DNA of 34,296 nt from Reclinomonas americana ATCC 50394 (lineage: Eukaryota). The notes under the pieces were generated by a model. That model saw nothing but the letters and a program-made list of their open reading frames with translations, made no database searches and had not been told where the DNA came from. Below are positions 25,036 to 34,296 of this stretch, piece by piece. A program made the position numbers and the translations under genes. Location of the stretch: assembly GCA_048213135.1 (NCBI GenBank), contig PS015370.1, positions 16,686-50,981 on the forward strand, written 5' to 3'. Numbering within the stretch: position 1 is the stretch's first letter; each line of letters opens with the position of its first letter.

Positions 25036-25450
25036 ATGAGGTGCAATTCGTGTATTCACGACTCATCGTGCAGGGGTTTGCCACGCTGGGCGGTGTCGAG
25101 TATCACATTCGACAGATACCGCCACAGACAATCAAGCTGAAAGGACTGTTGAACCTGGCCGACGCGCGTGACTTTGCGTACACGGCGTCCACTCAGCTCG
25201 GTCGAGGTCATCGCCTCTCGCTGCAGCCAGCCTGGTCGCCGCGTGATTTGCTGGCCCACCTGGAAGAGTTGCGACAGTGTTGCTCTTCTTGTCCTCAGGT
25301 GCGCTTGCACCCTCAACCGATCTCTCTCCGTGCAGCAATCTGCCGACCATCATCGATGTGGCTAATCAGTTGCGACAAGAAATCACTGGAGCGTACTGGC
25401 GCTACCGCGCGAAGTGCGACGTTGCCGAACGTAACTTTAACAACAAATAA
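19844..25450 (+). CDS. Multidomain protein: SPX - multi-pass membrane domain - thymidylate-kinase-fold P-loop kinase - DUF2252-like protein-kinase-like domain (~20 exons, ~1,400 aa)
   Basis: SPX: MKFG..W...YVRYKRLK, DLRAVNNFV, LRHFVQLNAEGFRKVLKKHRK. Many hydrophobic helices at ~20720-22490. TMK fold: GRFIVVEGLDGSGKSTQ (split by intron 22585-22660), IVLSDRYFYTSLARD, QPDLVMYFRIPVE, FYEAGLDL. DUF2252-like: LRGHAWSGLHFYF, HGNPHIDNFAK, DFD.SKFGPYAWDLLRLMVSL, GFGSMAVRDRYLV, FLDIKE. 19 GT-AG introns give a stop-free frame to TAA at 25448-25450. Confidence 0.8.
20814..20852 (+). repeat. (CT)n microsatellite forming an intron polypyrimidine tract
   Basis: Direct CT run just before the 3' splice AG at 20857-20858. 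Confidence 0.9.
24966..25035 (+). repeat. Compound (GT)n(GA)n microsatellite in an intron of the SPX fusion gene
   Basis: About 25 GT units followed by about 10 GA units directly after donor GTGAGT at 24962. Confidence 0.92.
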
Positions 25451-25501
25451 TCGACACCCAATCCCATTAGTGTATAGAACAACCAACCTCGCATGTTTAT
25501 A

Positions 25502-28500
25502 TTACTCATTTGCATTGTCGTTCTCCGTGAGACCCAGCGATTTGAAGCATTGCATCACGTGCCGCACGCGGAGCAAATTCTCACGGCAGCGTCCCAGCCG
25601 GTCGTTGAATTGCTGATGCACGATGCGCTCCAGCTCATCGCGATCGGCGGCCGCGAGGTCCTTGACGCGCACATAGCCGGCATTGTGGAACCACGAGAGG
25701 AGGCGGAGTACGTAATCGTCACTGTTTCGCCGCCCGACCAGTGGAGTGTCGATCAAGAGCGACGACTTCCACAGGCGCACGCTGGCGACCACCGTCGGTT
25801 TTACCACCGGGTACCACCGACGGCGTCGAATGCACACGGCCGCCGGTAGAGCCTCTGGCCTCCTGGTCGGCAAGTACTGCTCCTGTCGCCCGGTGACAGT
25901 GATAGACTGCAGTGCCGGTGCGCACGCGACCAGTCCGCTCAACGCGTCGTCCACGTGGTGCACATCTGTGGTGGATCAAGAACCATATGAGCAACAGTAT
26001 CCATGCGCGCTCTCTCTCTCTCTCTGCTGTGGCAAACACAAACCAATGAAAACAATGCTCGTCAACAGCGGCAGGGTGCACACAGTTGGATCCAGCAAGC
26101 GCAATTCCATGGCATCCACCCGACGCAATGTCAGTTGACGCAGCGACGGCGCGCATGCAGCAATGGCCGACCGCAACGAGTGCGAATGACAGAGCTCCAC
26201 TGGAGAGCAACTGAACGTTAGAATAACAGTAACCAAGAGTGACGGCCGTGTCAGTGACACCTCACCTTCTGAAATCACCAAGTCTTCCACCGCCTGGCAC
26301 CGCTCAATGTGCACACCACCAATTGTGGCTCCGAGGAGAAGACAGTGAGCCACGGCCACTGACGGGTTCGCGGCACTCGGCAAAAGCGGGAGAGCGCGAC
26401 GAGGATCGACGCTGGCCGCACCGCAGCGGAGCGACATGAAGTGGAGCAGCGCCTCCCGGGCGCGCCGGCAACCCGCTCGCGTGTACAGACGTGCAGCAGG
26501 AGCAGGAACGGCAAAGTGATGGATACGATGCCGCGGTCTGGCTGGCAGGGGCAGAACATGGAGACCGTCGACGTCCTCATCAAACTCGGCGACCCAGTCC
26601 ACCGCAATGGCCGGTCCCACCTCGCCGGCATCGACTGGCAGCTGCAACAGGTCGACCACCAGTGGCGCCGGCCTTGGCTGGCGTCGATTACGCTCACGAA
26701 CCTCTTCTTCATCGGCATCGTCTTCCGCTGCCCTTGGTGCGCCATCCAGTAGGGCGGACAACTGGCTCGGAATGGTGTCACCTGCGGCGAATAAGACGAG
26801 TCAAACAAGTGCACAGCGCATCGCACTCACGCACTCACGCAACATTGTGCATCAATGCTACGCAGTGCAGCCAGCATCGCGTCAGGTAGGTACGTTCTGC
26901 AATACCCGAGCAGCACATCCAGAATGTCGTGCGATTCTCCCAGCACTGCAATGATGGTGGTCAGCAGATGATCACCAAGTTGCACTTCCTCTTTCCCCTC
27001 TCTCTGTCACTCACCAGGCTTGTCGAGATATCCCGGCAGCTGCACAAGCACACACGACGGATCGCCATTCATGCACGAAATCTTATACGAGTAACCCGGC
27101 AGCTGCTGATCGTCGTCATCTGCTGGTCCGAGCTCAAGCGCAATGCAGCACACTTGGCGGACCAGGCAATCGGCCAAGGCGCGGTACTTGTTGTGTGCCT
27201 CGTTGAGAGCATCGTCAAGCTGCAGAAGCACGAGGGGAGTGAGTGAGAGGCATGCAAGAGCAAGAGTTGAGGAGGAACATGGCAAACCAGCTTCAGCAAG
27301 GCGCGCACATGCCGGTACGTCAAAAACGCATGATGGACAATGCGCTGCAGTTGATTCGCCAGCACCGACGCCGCTCTGCTCTTCCCACTCGCCGTATGCT
27401 CCACCAGTTCTCCCACCACAACACGCGTTGCATGCACCCACTGTTCGCGGAACATGCGCAGGTCGATCATGAAGTTGCAGTCACCGCCGGCGATCCGCAT
27501 GACTGTTTCCTCCACTTGTTGTGCTGCGCGCACCATCATGATTCAACACTCCCGGCAACCAGTTGTGCGAGAGACAGACAGCTGCAAGAGGCGCGCACCA
27601 TGCTCCGCGGTCTTGCTGTAGAACGTCTCGAGTGCACTGACCACGGCAGGCGCAAACAGCACAATGCTGACGGCTTCGGTGAGATCTGCAGGTACACACG
27701 CGTGAGATGAAGGGTCAGGAGGGGGCGGGGGAGAGAGAAAGATGAACGCAACCTGGCGCAGCCCATATGTCGGTCTTGATGGTCAGTGTGCTGCCCTCCA
27801 GCTGTATCACCCACAGAGTTAGTCCACGTACGCAGAAAGAGGAAGGAGAGAGATAAAATCGCGGTACCTTGCAGGCACTGGCCAGCGGATGTTCATACGA
27901 GTGCTCGAGATGAATCTCCGAGACAGCTCGCAGTGTGCGCAAAATGTGGCGAGCAAGCAGGGCACGTAGCGAACGCTGCGCGCAACGAAATCAGGAGGAG
28001 ACAGAGAGTGTCCGGCACTGCACACGCAACTGTCAACTTCATAAACTTCTTGTCGTACCGCGAGGTGATGGCAAACTGCGTGCCGTACCACGACCGCAAG
28101 CTCGCTACCACATCCTCCACGGGCGACACATGCCGAGTAAACAAGTCGCACAACGCCATAGGCCGTGTGGGGTCGTCCGGCAACATATCGTCGAGAGCCT
28201 GTGTCACCGACGGCCAGTGCACAGTCATGCGCCAGCGATCTGTAATATCGTCCAGCATGGGTAGCAGATCAAAGTTGACCGGATTGATGGGCAGCTCCCG
28301 CATGCATCGCGGACTGATAAAGTGGTACTGAAGTTGTCGACGCAATTGCTGCAGTACATCATCGCCGCCACCACAATCATCAGCAACAAAAGCGTGCAAC
28401 CAAACAACACACAGATAACTCGCTTACCTGGGGAATGATACGCGACTGCAGCGCCAGTGCCGCAGCCTTGTCGTTCATCTCTTGCAAGCGTTGACGCAAC

Positions 28501-31500
28501 ACCGGCGGCGGCAGCATCTGACTTCGTGTCCAGCAATAACCGTACTCGTCGTCAACGAGGAACACAAAGTAGATGCGATCGCGTGTCAACTTGTTCTTGG
28601 ATACGACGAACGGATCCTCCTGCGGGTCGCACGCTTGCAACACCAATTCAACCGAGTCCACACCAAACACCTCTTGACGTGCGGCCTCAATCTCGCGCGT
28701 GAACGGACCCTGCTGCAGCGACAGCAGTGGCTCGTAGACGCTGCGACACATGATCATGAGCTCGGCGGCGTCGTCCTAGAGGAGGAAATGAGCACGAAGT
28801 TGCGCGTCACTCTCGGAGGCGACAGACGCAAGCAGTAGTACCTCGTACAATTGCATCCGGCCGCGTGAGGATCTGCAGTGACGATGAATCGACTTCCAGT
28901 CGATGGTGATGGTCAGGCGGAAGAGCGACTTGTCGAGTTCGCGATCCGGCCAGTGACGAAGCGGGCGGAGATTGGCGAGTTTGTGCTCCTCGACACGACG
29001 CCATGCCTCTTCCAGTTGCTCCTCCACGTTGGGTATGAGCAACTGCTGTGTTGGCATACGTGGTTCCGCGTCAACGACACCTACACGCAGGCGGACTGCA
29101 CCACCAAAATCGGCCACCGTGCAGGCCACTTGCTCTGCAAATTGCACACAAGAGGGTGATTTCCAAGCTTCCGTTTCAACAGGGACACAAGTGCAAGTGC
29201 ACCTGGAACGGTTGTGAACGAGACAGAAACGGTACCGCCAAAGCGCGGATAGCCCCGTTGCAGCAGCTGTGCCACATGTCCGAGACACTGTCGACAAGCA
29301 GCTTGGTAAGTTCAAGCAGCGAGAACAATTGCGGTGACACCAAATGCCTCTGCAGACCGTCGCCGTTGGCAGTGCACTGATGAAAATGCATTGAGACATG
29401 GCATCCCCGCGACACGCGGCTGCGAGCGTCGCCCAGTCGACTTGCACCACCAATCCCGGGCACACACGGGCCAGCGCCGGCACAGCTTCCGCATTGAATT
29501 CGTCAATATAGTCCTCCACTCTGCGGTGCATCCAGTCAAAGTCGCCAGCGGCCGCGGCTTGCAGCCGAGCCAAGTGCCGCAGATCGAGCCACGACAAGGT
29601 GCTGCGCGTCTCCGAAGTGGGAACCACCGAGACCGTCGTCTCAAATGCAGGCACAAGCGCCAGCCGCCGATCGGCCGCTGCAGTCGGCAGTTCTACGTCG
29701 GGATGCCACTGCTGCTCGGCTGTTTCGAGTTGCGCTCCCGGAAGATCTGTACCCATGCTGTGAGAGTCAACCCCCTCCTCTGCAGCGGTGCCACGAAGAC
29801 AGACGCAACTGTGGTACCACAGCCGAACACGTGGATTGTGCTCCAACCAATGCCGCTCGTCGCCAGCGGGCAGCAGGTATGGCGGCAACACCGCCGCCAG
29901 CGCCGCTGCCGTACTCACATGACCAACGGCGAGAGCCTCTGCAATCGGGTTGCATTCACCGGGACCCAGCACAGGGCTCAACAGCTCGCTCAGTTCGGCC
30001 AGTGTCATGTGTGCGGTGGCGCGCTCCAGCGCTGCGCAGTTGGTGCTTCTCGGTCAGTCCATGCAAACACACTCTGAAAATCGATCACGAGGAGACGCAC
30101 CCACGGCCACCAAGTCAGTCAGTCCGTGTCGAGCAACAAAGGAGAGCACTGCCGGCCCCACACCGGCTCCAACATCCACCATGCGATACAGCGCGACCTC
30201 AAATCCCCTTACCAGATGCTGCTGCATCGACAACTCGAGTGCGCCCTGCACGACCTCTGCGTGCTGCTCCAGTGGTTCCGGCAGCACCTGCAGCAGCCGC
30301 ACCAGGCTGGCCTCACAATCGCCTCGCAAATTCGCTAATTCGCGAAGCACTTGCGCCGGTGGAATGCCCGCTTGCAGCACATGCTCGACTGCACCAAGCG
30401 ACGAGATTGAGCAACAATCGTCTCTTAACGTGACAGCGACAAAAACGCAACTGGCGGAGGGGCGAGAGAGGAGGACATGCCATGTATCCCATCGCGTGTG
30501 CTTGCAGGTTTGCGGTACTACAGTGGCCTCCGCGGCGGCGGCCGCCGGCGTTTGCAAGAGGTCGCGGAAAAGACCGCGCGCACCCAGCTGTTCCGTCATG
30601 CCCACGAATTCGTCTGCAACTGCAGCATCATCGACGCCAATTCCACGCAGTGTGCGCAACACGTGTGTGTGACCGCACACACGCGCCATGACCGCGCAGG
30701 CCATCTGTCCGTCGGCCCCCGGTGTGCTCCACTGGTGGAGATGAGAGATATGAGAGAGACTCTTCTTTTCTATAAAGCTACACTCAAGAACACTCACCGA
30801 TAACGGCGTCCACACTTCCACTCCGTGTTCTTTATGGACCTGCGAAATGACCGCAGCGAAACCACGCTCGGCGCAAATCTCCTGCACGCTCTGCTGCGGT
30901 CCGTCCACCTCCTGTGCGTTTGTTGCACATCATGTCAGTGGTGAGAAGTCCCCACATTGATTGGGCTCTCAGAAACACGTACTCGTTGCAGCAGCAGGTC
31001 GGGTGAGTAGTGCTGATCGCTGAGATAGGAGAGCAATGTGGCCTCACTGGCATGCCGAGCCAACGTCAGGACAGCCGGTCGCCGCGGCAATACGCCATAC
31101 TGATCACGGAACAAGTGTGCCAAATTGAGAGCGCCGCGTGCCAACGCCACATCGGTCCACGACACCGTGCCATCCTCCGTAAGTGGACTCTGCATGTAGA
31201 CGAGAGGATTGTCGCACTGCGCCACAATGCGAGCCACAATATGACTTGCTCCACAACGCATGGCGAGGCCAAGCTCGCTGCCCACGAGAATCTGCACGAA
31301 TGAATGAGAACTTGGAAATATGTCGCGATGTGTCGCCTCCGCACGCAATTCAAACCTTGCGGACGCAGCGCGGCCACGTGTCCGCCACAGGCTGGATGGG
31401 AGCGTGGCCGAACTCGGGCACAACACCTCGATCGAGCAACATGGCCGCGAGCGCCGGTCGCTTGTACCACAGGCACAGTGCCAGAGGCGAGCGCACAGGA

Positions 31501-34296
31501 GTGGCGTAGTCCGGCCCCATCCACGACTGCCACAGTCGAGAGTCGCGCTGATCAGTGGCCGGCACACCAAACTGGAAGTGCACAGGAGTCAGTGCAACAG
31601 CGAGTGAGTGGTGAAGGAGCATTGTAAAACGGCTCACCAAATCGATGAATTTGGCCAGCAATTCCTCCTGTCCGGCTTCGATGAGTGCTCGTGGCAGTGT
31701 CCACGCCGACAACAGTTGCATGCGCACGCCGACTGACAGGCGACGCAGCGGCTGACTGCCAATTGCCGGCAGCGGTGGCTCACGAGGTGGTCTCTTCTCC
31801 AGCACCAGGCGGACTGCGTCCCACTGCTGGCAATAGGCCGCCAACATTAGCGCCGTCCAGCCGTCACCCAGAATGTCGCTGCAGTGCGCGCGCGGTTAGT
31901 GGACGACAAAGAAAGTGTCTATTCGGGGCACACGCGCCGCACCGATTGGGATCGACATTCTCGCAGTCCAGCAGCTGCGTCACGAGTGGTACGATTCCCG
32001 GACCGCGATCGGCCACTTGAACCCAGCCGAATGGCGAAAAGAAATGCGCATCGCCTCGCGGCCGTACCACAATACTCAGTACGAGGGCGTCGTACGACAA
32101 CGTGAGCGAACCACAGGTGCCCGTGGCCACCACGTCCGGTCGCGCACCAGCGCGCAGCAAGGCACTAACCAGAGCCGAATTGCCCTGCGGAGCACGGAAA
32201 GAGAGGGATGGACAAGAAAAATCAACAACACTGCCAACAAAAGGAAGATAGCTGCACTTCGCTAGACATACCATACAACAGGCGGCCATCAGTGGCGTCA
32301 TCTACACCGCCAGTGTCAGCAACGCTTCACGAGGGATGTGACGACAGCAAGCGAATAACGTACTTGGAGCGACACCACTCGCATGTGTACGTTGCCTACG
32401 CGGAGAGGCGGCAGCAGCGCGCCAGGTACCTGCCACGTGTGATCGAGAGCCGGTGACTGCGACGGGTACCGTTCAAGCAGTGCGTACACGACAGGCAAGC
32501 GGTCCATGAGAATGCACTCAGCCTGGCGTGCGGTCAGCAGAGTGAGTGAAGAACGTGGAGGTGGATCACACATGTACCAGCGTGCTGGAATCGGGGGAGC
32601 CTTCGACGACCACACTGTCTGGGAATGCCTGCGTCACACACCCACTGTCAAACAGCAGCATTGACGCAGACAGAGGTGATGCACAGTGGACTTGACCTCC
32701 AAGCATGCCTGCAACGACGACAAGCTGCACGTCGCCGCATGCGCCAGCACACTTCGCAAAGGTGACCGTGCTTGTGATGTGATGCCAGACAAGGCCGGAG
32801 GTCGTGCAAACAACGGTTGCTGTTCTCCCTCACGCCACGAGAGAAACTCGCGTCTGTTGGTGTTTTGTGGGGGACTTTTAGCAGGGACTGGTAGCACATG
32901 AAAGAAGAGGTGTAACGAACCCGTATCCCTCCATGACCGAGTCGGCCACGTCTTTCGGCATCACCAAGGCACGCAAATTGCCGAGTGCAAGACTGTCTCG
33001 TCCCATTGTGCCACTACTCTCAAAGTGCACCCGCCGAACGCCAGCTCGGAAGCACGAAACCACCGTGACAGCGTTGCATTCGTTCAATGCGTACTTGGCC
33101 GGCACTTGAATCACCGGTGGCTCGGCAGTCACCGCTCGAACTCTCTCCAGCAGGCTGAGCGACTACAAGTCGGCGGCGTGAGTCGAACACTGGGGTTGCC
33201 ACGCCGAGGGCACACCACTAGCAACTCAACTGTCGTTGTCCAACCACGGCCGACCGTGATGCCGAGCAGCTCCGTCAGTAGCTCCAAGTCCAGCTGCGGA
33301 AGACGCTGCGTGAACGTGTCGACCTCATCCTGAGCGATGCTGGAGATCAGTGCTCTCATCGTCTTGCGCTCTTCGTAGGTCGCTGGCGTGCCAACGCGTC
33401 GAAGCAAGACTGCTATGCTTTGGCGGCAATCGTGCGCCAGAGTAGAAAAAGAGCCAGTCTCATCCACAGACAAGTCGACCAGGGATGTCGGTTGTCGCTG
33501 TACGGCGAGTACCAAGTGGTAAGCAGCAGGCGATTGTTTCAGATTTCGGGACACAGGGGAGGACTCCTTGTCGTACCGAGGCCACCCAATGAATNNNNNN
33601 NNNNNNNNNNNNNNTGTGTGCACGATGAGTCAGTGAGAAACAATGGAGGTAGAAGACGAAGAGGCAGCGATGACACACCAAGCTCCAGGTTGCCGATCCG
33701 GCAAAAGAAGGTGAATGGCGAACTCTGCACGGGTGAATCAAGGATGATGATAATCGAGATGGTGGTGCGCATCGCAGAGGACCATGCGTTACAACACCTC
33801 AAAGTAGGCAACCTGTCGTGTGTACTGCGCAACAATGGCCAAGTGACGCTGTGTCGTCGGATCGACAACCGCTGTGCTGCACGACCACACAGGAGCCACG
33901 TTTCTGCCAGACACTGTGGGTTGGAGACGGGAGAGCACAAACTATGCATGGCTGCGCACGAAACGATCGACCGCAGAGCCACCAGACGATTTCCGTGTGT
34001 CCACGACTGAGAGCATTGTTGAGGAGAGCGGGCTTGCACTGCTCGTACCAAATGCTGCTGCCCAAGACTTCCGCCTGCGTCGATATTGGAGAGTGAGCGG
34101 GATACAGCAATGAGAGGCAGACAGAAAAAGAACACGCTTGCTCTTACTCGCACGCAACAATGTCACTGGAGTCGCGAAGCGAAGCGTCGAATTCGAACTG
34201 GCGATTCCGCAGAGTGCGATCGCTGACGAACTGGGCGGCCACACCCTGCACGCCACGGCTCCGTTGGTGACTGTTCGCAGTACCGATGACGGGAAA
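25502..34296 (-). CDS. Very large multi-exon protein with ankyrin-like repeats in the N-terminal part and an unrecognised C-terminal region. The 5' end lies beyond the window. It may be more than one gene.
   Basis: ANK-like segments: NNALSRGHTEIVWWL, TPLMAAC..GNSALVSALLRAGARPD, DGWTALMLAAYCQQWDAVRLVLE, SPLALCLWYKRPALAAMLLDRG. Long protein-like minus-strand exons (e.g. 28840-29150, 28428-28760, 28030-28380) are separated by short GT-AG introns. Terminal stop at 25502. Not every junction was resolved. Confidence 0.6.
33595..33614. other. Small assembly gap
   Basis: 20 N. Confidence 0.95.

Noticed and set aside
1-34296. CRISPR arrays, transposons, tRNA/rRNA genes, prokaryotic operons
   Set aside because: I saw no spaced direct repeats, terminal repeats, transposase/RT motifs or structured RNA signatures. 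The spliceosomal introns show the DNA is eukaryotic.

Overview
Gene-dense, GC-rich, intron-rich genomic DNA from a eukaryote, probably a flagellated protist because it carries BBS4. The ORF track is mostly exon fragments. Splicing by hand at short (mostly ~60-105 nt) GT-AG introns gives: (1) a ~2,300-2,400 aa type-I surface protein with Cys-containing Ig/TIG-like repeats and FN3 domains (1373-10843, +); (2) an ~83 aa four-exon single-TM microprotein (-); (3) cyclin H (-); (4) BBS4 (+), divergent from cyclin H; (5) a TPR/coiled-coil protein (+); (6) an apparently single ~1,400 aa polypeptide fusing SPX + multi-pass membrane domain + prokaryote-type thymidylate-kinase-fold domain + DUF2252-like kinase-fold domain (19844-25450, +); (7) a very large ankyrin-repeat gene running off the right end (-). 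Two things stand out. One is the SPX-TM-TMK-DUF2252 fusion, a candidate phosphate-sensing membrane phosphotransfer or polyphosphate machine. The other is a frequent atypical 5' splice-site class, |GTTGCG or |GTTGAG, seen only after a non-G exon end, which suggests routine shifted-register donor recognition. All gene models are manual and lack transcript support.
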